Shown here in pieces: positions 1-9,681 of a stretch of 24,000 bases of DNA. The stretch is taken from NCBI GenBank assembly GCA_963759935.1, contig CAVXBF010000007.1, positions 35,832 to 59,831 on the forward strand, written 5' to 3'. Numbering within the stretch: the stretch's first letter is position 1; each line of letters opens with the position of its first letter. Below the pieces are notes generated by a model that worked only from the letters and a program-made list of their open reading frames with translations, was not told the origin of the DNA and searched no databases. The stretch comes from an uncultured Actinomycetota bacterium (lineage in GTDB: Bacteria > Actinomycetota > Actinomycetes > Actinomycetales > Angustibacteraceae). Both the position numbers and the translations under genes were made by a program.

Positions 1-711
1 CTCTCCGACGTCCCGCTGGTCGCGTCGAACGCCGTACCCGCCGCGACGCTCGCCCGGGTGGTGGGCGCCGGCGCGCTCGCTGCGGGTGCGGTCACGGCTG
101 GTGGGGTGGCCACGGCGGCACCGCCACCGGCCACCAGCACGAGCATTCCGCTGCCCGGCCAGCGCACCGCGTCGGCACCGGACGACGTCACGCTGACCGG
201 GTACGAGACCAGCACCGCGCTGCGGGGCGCCGACCTGTCCGCCGCCGACCTGCCGCGGCCCAGCGACCGGCGGCCGGCTTCCGCCACGGCCACCCGCGGG
301 ACGTCGGGCGGCACGACGTCCGGCAGCACGGGTGGCGCGGGTGGCTCCGGCGGTGGCTCAGGTGGCTCGGGTGGCTCGGGTGGCGGGACGCTGCCGGGGC
401 AGCCGGTGCGCACGGTGACCTCGACGGTCGGAGCGGCCGCGGGCACGGTCCGCGCGGCGACCGACACGGTCAAGGCCGCGGTGAAGGGCACGGTCAAGGG
501 CACGGTGGGTGGCGCCGCAGGAGCGGCGGGCTCGGCGGCCGGCACCGTCGGTGGCACCGTCGGTGGGGCCGCAGGAGCGGCGGCCGGTGCCGCGGGTGCT
601 GTCACCGTGCCGGTTCCGGTTCCGGCGCCGGCACCTGTTCCGACCGTCCCGGCGCCTGACCAGATCGTGGCGGGCCTCATCGGTGCACCGAAGGCGCCGA
701 AGGGTCCGTGA
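1..711 (+). CDS. Gly/Ala/Pro-rich low-complexity protein, C-terminal part (5' end probably outside the window)
   Basis: Frame 1 is open from nt 1 to the TGA at 709-711. Third codon positions are G/C-dominated, as in neighbouring genes. The product contains GGSGGSGGSGGG, TVKGTVKGTV and PVPVPAPAPVP tracts. No catalytic motif recognised. Confidence 0.5.
   Translation, partial: LSDVPLVASNAVPAATLARVVGAGALAAGAVTAGGVATAAPPPATSTSIPLPGQRTASAPDDVTLTGYETSTALRGADLSAADLPRPSDRRPASATATRGTSGGTTSGSTGGAGGSGGGSGGSGGSGGGTLPGQPVRTVTSTVGAAAGTVRAATDTVKAAVKGTVKGTVGGAAGAAGSAAGTVGGTVGGAAGAAAGAAGAVTVPVPVPAPAPVPTVPAPDQIVAGLIGAPKAPKGP
331..387 (+). repeat. Tandem 9-nt repeat (GGTGGCNNN, about 6 units) encoding a Gly-Ser linker
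   Basis: Read directly: ggtggcgcg ggtggctcc ggc ggtggctca ggtggctcg ggtggctcg ggtggcggg. It lies inside the CDS at 1-711. Confidence 0.7.
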
Positions 712-795
712 GGCGGTCACCGAGCCGACCCGCCCGTCACCTAGGCTGAGCCACCGCGCCGGCAGCAGGGCCGGGCCGGTGGGGCGAGGCGAGGA

Positions 796-1753
796 GTGGC
801 AGGCATGTCGGCAGAGGGTGGCAACACCGCGATCGTGGCGGCGCTGGCGGCTAACGTCGGGATCGCGATCACCAAGTTCGCCGCCTTCCTGCTCACCCGG
901 TCGAGCTCGATGCTGGCCGAGTCCATCCACTCGCTGGCCGACTCCGGCAACCAGGTGCTGCTGCTCGTCGGCGGCAAGCGCGCGCAGCGCGCCGCCACGC
1001 CGCAGCACCCGTTCGGCTTCGGCCGCGAGCGTTACGTCTACGCGTTCGTCGTCTCGATCGTGCTGTTCTCGGTCGGCGGGTTGTTCGCGCTGTACGAGGC
1101 GTTCCACAAGTGGCAGGAGCCGGACGGGATCCACGCCTGGCGCTGGGTGCCGATCGTGGTGCTGGTGAGCCGCCATCGTGATGGAGGGCTACTCGTTCCG
1201 CACCGCGATCAACGAGTCGAACAAGCAGCGCGGCGAGCAGTCGTGGAGCGACTTCGTCCGGCGGGCCAAGGCGCCCGAGCTGCCGGTGGTGCTGCTGGAG
1301 GACCTCGCTGCCCTGACCGGTCTGGTGCTCGCGCTGGTCGGCGTCTCCCTGACGCTGGTGACCGACGACGGCCGTTGGGACGCCGCGGGCACCGCGGCGA
1401 TCGGCGTCCTGCTGGTGGTGGTGGCGGCCGTGCTGGCGGTCGAGATGAAGTCGCTGCTGATCGGCGAGGGCGCCACACCGGGCAACGTGCGGGCGATCGA
1501 GGCGGCGCTGGTGGGCGAGGGCGTCAGCTCGATCATCCACATGAAGACGCTGCACCTGGGGCCGGAGGAGCTGCTGGTCGCGGCGAAGGTGGCGGTGCCC
1601 GCAACCGACTCGGCCCGCGACGTCGCGCAGGCCATCGACGCTGCCGAGCGACGGGTGCGCGCTGCCGTGCCGATCGCCCGCGTCATCTACCTCGAACCCG
1701 ACATCTCCATCCTCTCCGATGTTGATCACGTCAAGCAGGAGATCGACCGCTGA
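796..1753 (+). pseudogene. Cation diffusion facilitator (CDF) family metal efflux transporter, interrupted by a +1 frameshift as sequenced
   Basis: N-terminal half in frame 1 (ORF 796-; likely start ATG 805, 8 nt after GAGGAG at 791-796) has CDF motifs HSLADSGNQ and FGFGRERY. C-terminal half is in frame 2 (ORF 1178-1753, ...KAPELPVVLLEDLAALTG...). At 1168-1183 the sequence reads agc c gcc atc gtg atg; removing one C of the CC at 1170-1171 gives a continuous ...VVLVSAIVMEGYSFRTAI..., about 315 aa. Confidence 0.85.
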
Positions 1754-1773
1754 CCGAGGGATGCACCCCTCGG
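1754..1773 (+). terminator. Short GC hairpin just after the CDF stop (candidate terminator, no U-tract)
   Basis: ccgaggg (1754-1760), loop atgcac, ccctcgg (1767-1773). Perfect 7-bp stem. Confidence 0.3.
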
Positions 1774-2023
1774 CAAGGTGACCGAACCCTCGGCAGGGCC
1801 GGGGGTCGCGCCGCGCCGCGACTGGGCTCGCGGTCGACGACTCGCGGTAGACTCGGGGACGTTCCGGCGTCGGTGATGCCGCAGGCCCAGAGGGGCCGCG
1901 CCGGGGTGCGACGCCACAGCAAGGCCGCTCACCACGAGTGAGTCCCGCCGTCGTACCCGCCTGATCGAGCCCCGCACCGGGGCTGCCCGACCGGAACACA
2001 CTTCGACCCCGAAAGGTCACACC

Positions 2024-3460
<1,437 letters not shown>

Positions 3461-3484
3461 GCCGCCCGGCTCCGTACGCGTTCA

Positions 3485-3533
3485 GCGCAGGGGACCCCTG
3501 CTTCACCCCGAGTGAAGCGGGGGTCCCCTGCGC
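3485..3533. terminator. Long GC-rich hairpin between the convergent ahcY and RDD genes (candidate bidirectional terminator)
   Basis: gcgcaggggacccctgcttcac (3485-3506), loop cccga, gtgaagcgggggtcccctgcgc (3512-3533). 22-bp stem with a single G-U pair. No flanking T-tract. Confidence 0.6.
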
Positions 3534-3561
3534 CGTCCCGGGGTGCGGAGCGGCTCGAGCC

Positions 3562-4377
3562 TCAGGCCCGGTGCACCCGACCGAGCGCGGCCTCCACCGA
3601 GTCGACGCCGGCCAGCCGGTCGCGCACCAGCTGTTCGCGGGCCAGCCGCTCGACGTCACGGCGGCGGCGCTCGGCGAGCACCGCGGCGAGGAACGCCTCC
3701 GGGTGGGTTCCGGCCGGCGGCTGCGGGGCGACGTACGGCGTGAGCGCCCCGGCGAGCGTGAGACCGAGCTCGGCCCGCGCCTGGGCGTGCATCCCCGGTG
3801 CTCGGCTGAGGAACTGGCGCACCGACAGCGCGAGACCGTCCGGGAGCCGGCCGAGGTCGGCGGCCCGCGCCCAGCCGCCGAGCCCGGTGGGCATCTGGGC
3901 CATCACCGAGGACTGCTGCGCAGCGCGCTCGCGGACGACGTACGTGCCGGCGGCCAGATCGCCCAGCCGCTTGCTGCGCTCGGACAGCAGCGAGCTGACC
4001 AGCGCCGGCACCCCCACCAGCAGCCAGACCTCGACGAAGCCGACGAGGCCCCGCACCAGCGCATGCCGCCACCGGATCGGCCCGCCGTCGTCGCGCACGG
4101 TGCGCAGCCCCATCACCAGCTTGCCCAGGGTGCGACCGCGGGTCAGCGTCTCGACGACGACCGGCAGCCCCACCACCACCGCGACCACGAGCACCAGGCT
4201 CAGCGCCGCTGCGGCAGCGTCGTCCAGGGCCAGGCTGAGCTGGGCGGTGACGATCAGGGTGGTCACCAGCACCGCCACCTCGGTGGCGACGTCGATGGTG
4301 CCCGAGACGGCGCGGGAGGCGAACGTCGCCGGCTGGACGTCGAGCAGCACCGCCTCGCCGGTGACCAGGTCGTCCAT
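3562..4377 (-). CDS. RDD family membrane protein
   Basis: ATG at 4377 gives 271 aa: MDDLVTGEAVLLDV..., two or three hydrophobic helices, and RGRTLGKLVMGLRTVRDDG typical of RDD domains. The upstream 228 codons of the 499-aa ORF are antisense to the next gene and were rejected. Confidence 0.8.
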   Translation of the reverse strand: MDDLVTGEAVLLDVQPATFASRAVSGTIDVATEVAVLVTTLIVTAQLSLALDDAAAAALSLVLVVAVVVGLPVVVETLTRGRTLGKLVMGLRTVRDDGGPIRWRHALVRGLVGFVEVWLLVGVPALVSSLLSERSKRLGDLAAGTYVVRERAAQQSSVMAQMPTGLGGWARAADLGRLPDGLALSVRQFLSRAPGMHAQARAELGLTLAGALTPYVAPQPPAGTHPEAFLAAVLAERRRRDVERLAREQLVRDRLAGVDSVEAALGRVHRA

Positions 4378-4416
4378 GCCGGCCAGGGTAGTGCGGCGCC
4401 CGGCTAGGCTCGCCGC

Positions 4417-5412
4417 GTGGACCTGGACGCCTACGTGAGCGCACATCGTGAGGAGTGGGCCCGGCTGGGCGACCTCAGCGGCCGGCGCCGCCTGACCGGT
4501 GCCGAGGCCGACGAGCTGGTGACGCTCTACCAGCGGGTGGGCACCCAGCTGTCCGTCGTCCGGTCCGCCGCACCCGACCCGGCCCTCGTGGCCCGGCTCT
4601 CCGCGCTCGTCACCCGGGCCCGCGCCGCCACGACTGGCAGCCATGAGGCGGCCTGGCAGGACGTCGCCCGCTTCTTCACGGTCGTCTTCCCGGCTGCGCT
4701 GTACCGCACCCGCCGCTGGTGGGCGCTGACCGCGGCCGGTTCGCTGGCGCTCGCGCTGGTCACCGGGTGGTGGGTGGCAACGCACCAGCAGGTGCAGGCC
4801 GCCGTCGCCACCGACGAGCAGATCCGTCAGCTCGTCGGCAGCGACTTCGAGGACTACTACTCCCAGTACGCCGCCGGCAGCTTCGCGGCCAAGGTCTGGA
4901 CCAACAACGCGTGGATCGCCGCGCTCTGCATCGCCTTCGGAGTGCTGGGCCTTCCGGTGCTGTGGGTGCTGTTCACCAACGCGCTCAACCTCGGCGTGGT
5001 CGGCGGCCTGATGGCCTCGCGCGACCGGCTCGACCTCTTTCTCGGGCTGATCGCGCCGCACGGGCTGCTGGAGCTCACCGCCGTGTTCGTCGCTGCGGGA
5101 GTCGGACTGCGGCTGTTCTGGGCCTGGGTCGAGCCCGGCCCGCGCACCCGGGCGCGCGCCCTCGGTGAGGAGGGGCGCGCCGCCGTCGCGGTCGCCATGG
5201 GCTTGGTGGTGGTGCTCGCGATCTCCGGGGTCATCGAGGCCTTCGTGACGCCGTCCCCGCTGCCGACCTGGGCGCGGATCGGCATCGGTGCCCTGGCCGA
5301 GGCGGCGTTCCTGACCTACGTGTTCACCCTCGGCCGGTGGGCCTACCGCCGCGGGGAGACCGGCGACCTCGAGGAGCGCTACGCAGGGGACGCGCTGCCG
5401 ATCTCCGCCTGA
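4417..5412 (+). CDS. Stage II sporulation protein M-like (SpoIIM/DUF95) integral membrane protein
   Basis: 331-aa ORF starting at GTG 4417. N-terminal soluble helix region (MDLDAYVSAHREEWARL...LVTLYQRVGTQLSVVRS), then multiple TM helices with ...APHGLLELTAVFVAAG... typical of the family. Confidence 0.8.
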   Translation: MDLDAYVSAHREEWARLGDLSGRRRLTGAEADELVTLYQRVGTQLSVVRSAAPDPALVARLSALVTRARAATTGSHEAAWQDVARFFTVVFPAALYRTRRWWALTAAGSLALALVTGWWVATHQQVQAAVATDEQIRQLVGSDFEDYYSQYAAGSFAAKVWTNNAWIAALCIAFGVLGLPVLWVLFTNALNLGVVGGLMASRDRLDLFLGLIAPHGLLELTAVFVAAGVGLRLFWAWVEPGPRTRARALGEEGRAAVAVAMGLVVVLAISGVIEAFVTPSPLPTWARIGIGALAEAAFLTYVFTLGRWAYRRGETGDLEERYAGDALPISA

Positions 5413-5448
5413 GCGACCGAGCCCGCGGCGCGCGACGCCCGCAAGCGA

Positions 5449-6744
5449 TCACAGCCGGCCGGCCGCCTTGAGGGCCAGGTAGCGGTCGGCCAGGCGCGGC
5501 GGGAGCTCGTCCGGCGGTGCGTCGACCACCTCGGCACCGAGCCGCACCAGGATCCGCTCGAGCCGGTCGCGCTCGAGCCCGGCCCGCTCCGCAGCGGCCG
5601 CGTCGTAGACGTCCTCGACCCGATCGCGCTGGGCCCGCACGCGGTCGAGCTCGGGGTCGGAGACCGAGGCGACCAGCACCTGGTGGCGCCGGGTCAGCTG
5701 GCCGAGCACCGGCAGCAGACCCTCCTCGACGGACGCGGTGTCGAGCGGGGTCAACAGCACGACCAGCGCCCGGTGGCTGAGCCGGGTGGTCACCGCGCCC
5801 ACCGCCCGGGCCCAGTCAGCCTCGACCAGCTCGGGCTCCAGCGGCGCCATCGCGGTGACCAGCGACGACAGCAGGGACGACGCGCCGGCGCCCTCGACCC
5901 GCGCGCGCACCACGCGGTCGACGGCGATCAGGTCGACCCGGTCGCCGGCCCGGCTGGCCAGCGCGGCCAGCAGCAGCGCCGATTCCATCGCGGCATCGAG
6001 CCGGGGCGCGTCGCCCACCCTGGCGGCCGCGGTGCGCGAGGTGTCGAGCACGAGCAGCACCCGCCGGTCGCGCTCGGGCCGCCAGGTGCGGACGACGACC
6101 TGCCGGCGCCGGGCGGTGGCCCGCCAGTCGATGCTGCGCACGTCGTCGCCCGGCACGTAGTCGCGCAGCGAGTCGAACTCGGTGCCCTGGCCGCGGATGT
6201 TGACGCTCGAGCGTCCGTCGATCTCGCGCAGCCGGGCCAGCCGGCTCGGCAGGTGCTTGCGTGAGGTGAACGGCGGCAGCACCCGCAGCCGGCCGGGGAC
6301 GTCGAGCGAGCGCTGCCGCCCGGCCACGCCGAGCGGGCCGAGCGAGCGCACGGTCACGCGGTCGGTGAGCCGGTCGCCGCGCCGCACCGGTCGCAGGGGC
6401 GTGCTGACCCGGCGCCGCTCGCCGCTGGGCACGGACAGCGGGTGCCGGTCCACGACCGCGCCGGCCGACGGCTGCCACGCGTCGCGCAGTACCCCGCGGA
6501 GCCGCCGGCGTCCGGGGTTGTCGACGGTGAGGACGCTCGTGGTCGGCTCGCCCAGGCGCACCGAGGCGCCGGCCGCGCGGGTCACGTCCAGGGCGCGCGG
6601 GCTGGCTGCCAGCAGCAGGTCGAGCCCGACCGCAGCCACCAGCACGAGCAGCCAGACGCCGACGCCCGCCCAGCTCGGCTGGACCAGCCCGACGTAGAGC
6701 ACACCGGCCAGGGCCAGCAGCGCGCTGCGTCCGGTCAGCGCCAC
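5449..6744 (-). CDS. DUF58 domain protein (vWA-like partner of MoxR ATPases) with N-terminal TM helices
   Basis: 431-aa ORF, GTG start at 6744, 10 nt after the MoxR stop. Contains the DUF58 signature ...LRDYVPGDDVRSIDWRATARR...VLLVLDTS. Confidence 0.85.
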   Translation of the reverse strand: MALTGRSALLALAGVLYVGLVQPSWAGVGVWLLVLVAAVGLDLLLAASPRALDVTRAAGASVRLGEPTTSVLTVDNPGRRRLRGVLRDAWQPSAGAVVDRHPLSVPSGERRRVSTPLRPVRRGDRLTDRVTVRSLGPLGVAGRQRSLDVPGRLRVLPPFTSRKHLPSRLARLREIDGRSSVNIRGQGTEFDSLRDYVPGDDVRSIDWRATARRRQVVVRTWRPERDRRVLLVLDTSRTAAARVGDAPRLDAAMESALLLAALASRAGDRVDLIAVDRVVRARVEGAGASSLLSSLVTAMAPLEPELVEADWARAVGAVTTRLSHRALVVLLTPLDTASVEEGLLPVLGQLTRRHQVLVASVSDPELDRVRAQRDRVEDVYDAAAAERAGLERDRLERILVRLGAEVVDAPPDELPPRLADRYLALKAAGRL

Positions 6745-6754
6745 CGCGTGGCCC

Positions 6755-7768
6755 TCATCGAGGCACCGGCACCGAGGCGAGGACGCCGTCCAGCACCGCC
6801 TCGACGCCGACGCCCTCGAGCTCAGCCTCCGGCCGCAGCTGGACCCGGTGCCGCAGGGTGGCTCCGGCGAGCGCCTTGACGTCGTCCGGCGAGACGTAGT
6901 CGCGGCCGCTCAGCCAGGCCCAGGCCCGGCTGGTGGCCAGCAGCGCGGTGGCGCCGCGCGGCGAGACCCCGAGCGAGAGCGAGGGCGAGACCCGGGTGGC
7001 GCGCGCGATGTCGACGACGTACCCCAGCACCTCGGGTGCCACGTGCACGCGCCGGACGGCGGCCGCGCCGGCGGCCAGGTGCCCCGGGCCGGCGACGGCG
7101 CGCACGCCGGCCGCCGCGAGGTCACGCGGGTCGAAGCCATCGGCGTGCCGGCGCAGCACCTGCAGCTCGTCCTCGCGCGGCGGCAGCGGCATCGACAGCT
7201 TGAGCAGGAATCGGTCCAGCTGGGCCTCGGGCAGCGGGTAGGTACCTTCGTACTCGACCGGGTTCTGGGTGGCGCACACGACGAACGGGTCGGGCAGCGG
7301 GCGCGGCTGTCCGTCGACGCTCACCTGACGTTCCTCCATCGCCTCCAGCAGCGAGGCCTGCGTCTTGGGGGGCGTGCGGTTGATCTCGTCGGCGAGCAGC
7401 AGGTTGGTGAAGACCGGGCCCTCACGGAACGAGAACTGCGCCGTCCGCGCGTCGTAGACCAGCGATCCGGTGACGTCGCCCGGCATCAGGTCCGGGGTGA
7501 ACTGCACCCGCGTGGTCTGCAGGTCGAGCGCCGCCGACAGGGCCCGCACCAGCAGGGTCTTGGCGACGCCGGGCACGCCCTCGAGCAGCACGTGGCCACG
7601 CGCCAGCAGGGCGATCACCAGTCCGGTCACCGCGGCGTCCTGGCCGACCACGGCCTTGGCGACCTCGGCGCGCACCGCCAGCAGGGCCGCGCGGGCGTCG
7701 GCGGCCTCCGGTGGCTCGGCCACCGCCGTCGACGTCGTCGGGCCGGGGTCGGGGGGCAGCTCGCTCAC
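6755..7768 (-). CDS. MoxR-family AAA+ ATPase
   Basis: GTG at 7768 gives 337 aa. Walker A LLEGVPGVAKT, Walker B LLADEINR, then TPPKTQASLLEAMEERQV and ATQNPVEYEGTYPLPEAQLDRF. The start overlaps the upstream stop as GTGA (7765-7768). The 679-aa ORF in the track is an out-of-frame upstream extension. Confidence 0.93.
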   Translation of the reverse strand: MSELPPDPGPTTSTAVAEPPEAADARAALLAVRAEVAKAVVGQDAAVTGLVIALLARGHVLLEGVPGVAKTLLVRALSAALDLQTTRVQFTPDLMPGDVTGSLVYDARTAQFSFREGPVFTNLLLADEINRTPPKTQASLLEAMEERQVSVDGQPRPLPDPFVVCATQNPVEYEGTYPLPEAQLDRFLLKLSMPLPPREDELQVLRRHADGFDPRDLAAAGVRAVAGPGHLAAGAAAVRRVHVAPEVLGYVVDIARATRVSPSLSLGVSPRGATALLATSRAWAWLSGRDYVSPDDVKALAGATLRHRVQLRPEAELEGVGVEAVLDGVLASVPVPR

Positions 7769-9037
7769 GTGCGGTGAACCTCCGTCTCGAGGGCGTCCAG
7801 GTCTCGGGCGAGCTGGACGAGGTAAGCATCGTCGGTGGGGTCCGGCCCCACCAGCAGGGCATCGACGTCGGCAGGGGAGCGGCCGCCCGCCGCGGCGACC
7901 GCGGCGGCCACCTGGTGCGGGTCGGCGTGCCGGGGGAGCCCGCAGCGCTGGCCCAGCCGGCTCACCGCCGCCGCCCGCAGCACCTGGGCCGCCCGGCCGC
8001 GGGCCCGCGCCCGCCGGTAGAGCTGGCCGCGACCGTACGTCGTCTCGATCGCGCGCACCACCACGGGCAGCGGCTCGACGACCAGCCGGCCGAGTCGTCG
8101 TCCGCGCCACAGCACCACGACGCCCAGAGCCACCAGGAGCTGCATCGCGGCGAAGCGCACGCCGGCGGGCAGCAGCGCCGCCAGGCTCGGCGGCTCGTCG
8201 AGGGTGCCGCCGTCCAGCGGGTCGGGGGTCCACCAGACGAGGACGGGGTGCCGGCCGAGCAGGCCGAGGGCGAGCGCGGCGTCGCCGGCGTCGACCAGCC
8301 GCTCGTTGGTCAGCGCCGCGCCCGAGCCGAGCAGCGTCGTCCGGCGCCCGTCCCGATGGGCCAGCTCGAGGTAGCCGGCGGCGGTACGGCCGTCGCCGAC
8401 CTCGACCGGGTAGCAGGCGGTGGTGGTGACGATGCCGGCGCCGCCCGACCCGCCGAGCCCTCCGGCGGAGTAGCCGGTCGAGCCGAGCACCGCGTCGCCG
8501 GCCCGGACCGGCACGGGCGCGTCGCAGGCAGGGGCCACCACAGTCGTCCGGGGCGGCCGGCGCGGCGCCCACCGGCAGGTCGAGGTCGGTGAGCGGGCCG
8601 TTGCCGGCGCCGACCAGCACCAGGTCGGCGCGGTCGGCGGCGACCAGTCGACCGAGGTCGGCCGGCCGGGTGCCGCCCATCAGCTCGGGGCGTGCCACCA
8701 CGACGGTGACGTTCCCGGACAGCGCGTCGAGGTCGGCCTGGACGTCGTCGAAGCGGGTGCGCACCCGGACGTCGACCCCGCGGTCGCGCAGCACGTGCGC
8801 GATGGCTCGAGCGCCGCCGGGGGCGGCGTTGTCGGGGTCGAGGGCGCCGGACTCCGGTGGGGCGCAGCAGGAGCAGCCCGACCAGCACGGCGGACAGCGT
8901 CACGGCACCGACGAGCAGGGGCCAGCGGGCCCGGCGGAGCAGCCCGGGGCGGGTGCGTCGGTGCTCGGGCGCGGGGCGAGGTCGGCCGCGGCTTCGCCGA
9001 AGCCGGCCGGTGGCCGCTCGATCGTGGGCAGGCTCAC
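7765..9037 (-). pseudogene. DUF4350 domain protein, read through three frame changes as sequenced
   Basis: GTG 9037 overlaps the DUF4129 stop (GTGA). The protein-like reading is spread over three frames. Segment 1, 9037 to ~8945: VSLPTIERPPAGFGEAAADLAPRPSTDAPAPG. Segment 2, ~8945 to ~8860: LLRRARWPLLVGAVTLSAVLVGLLLL (TM helix). Segment 3, ~8860 to ~8552: PPESGALDPDNAAPGGARAIAHVLRDRGVDVRV...LVLVGAGNGPLTDLDLPVGAAPAA. Segment 4, ~8550 to 7765: TTVVAPACDAPVPVRAGD...LETEVHRT*. The joins lie at a CCC/GGGG run (8943-8949), GGGG (8859-8862) and GGGG (8550-8553). Confidence 0.7.
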
Positions 9038-9681
9038 CGCACGCCCGCCCGCACGGGCGAGGCAGCGCCCACCGCGGCGTCGAGCGCCCGCAGCCGCGCG
9101 TCGTGCTCGGCGGTGGCGCGCCGCTCGCCGTAGCAGACGTCGTCGAACACCACGGCGCACGCGAACAGCTCGTCGGCCAGCGCCGGCAGGGCGAGGCCGG
9201 CCTCGCGGGCGGCCTCGTCGGCGGTGCGCCCCGGCCGCTCGTCGAGCACCACACGCTCCTCGAGCGAGCGGACGACGGCGCGCAGCCGCTCGCGCACCGC
9301 TTCGGCCCAGCGGCCCTCGGCGGCCGCAGCGTCGGCCAGCCGCCGGTGCTCGGCGGCGCTGCGCACGGTGTCATCGAGCACCGCGCTCGAGCGGCGGCGG
9401 CGGGTCGGCCCGCGCAGCCGGCCGGTGCGCAGCAGCACGGTGACGAGCACGGCCGTGGCCACGAGCACCAGCAGCAGCGCCCCGGTGAGCGGGTCGGCCA
9501 GCGAGGCCGAGGGCAGCCGCAGGTCGCGCAGGTGCTCGAACACCCACAGCACGAGCCGCTGCAGCAGGCCGGGCCGGGCATCGGCGTACGCCGGGTCGCT
9601 GAGCTCGCGCCGCGCCCAGTCGCGCGCCACCTCGCGGGCCGGGTCGAGCGGCGGAGCGGCGAGCAGGGCGAGCAGGCTCAC
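9034..9681 (-). CDS. DUF4129 domain protein (one TM helix)
   Basis: GTG at 9681 gives 215 aa: VSLLALLAAPPLDPAREVARDWARRELSDPAYA..., TM helix LTGALLLVLVATAVLVTVLL, then ...GRTADEAAREAG...VFDDVCYGERRAT, typical of DUF4129. GTGA overlaps at both ends (9678-9681 and 9034-9037). Confidence 0.75.
   Translation of the reverse strand: MSLLALLAAPPLDPAREVARDWARRELSDPAYADARPGLLQRLVLWVFEHLRDLRLPSASLADPLTGALLLVLVATAVLVTVLLRTGRLRGPTRRRRSSAVLDDTVRSAAEHRRLADAAAAEGRWAEAVRERLRAVVRSLEERVVLDERPGRTADEAAREAGLALPALADELFACAVVFDDVCYGERRATAEHDARLRALDAAVGAASPVRAGVR

Noticed and set aside
4378-5061. N-terminal 228 codons of the 499-aa ORF 3562-5061(-), as an extension of the RDD protein
   Set aside because: This part is antisense to the well-supported SpoIIM-like gene and has a nonsense-like composition. 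The RDD homology begins at ATG 4377.
6755-8794. 679-aa ORF suggesting a MoxR ATPase with a long N-terminal extension
   Set aside because: Only the last 337 codons are MoxR-like. The stretch of this ORF closest to the MoxR start is Arg/Pro-rich nonsense lying over the DUF4350 C-terminus, which is encoded in a different frame. The far 5' stretch (~8794-8552) is a genuine DUF4350 segment that happens to share this frame. GTG 7768 with a GTGA overlap is a clean MoxR start.
8859-8949. Programmed ribosomal frameshifting or phase variation as the explanation for the paired frame changes in the DUF4350 gene (and the other breaks)
   Set aside because: There are no slippery heptamers or long mutable tracts, only 2-4-nt G/C runs. 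The same kind of break occurs in unrelated genes, which makes technical error the simpler explanation. It remains untested without reads.
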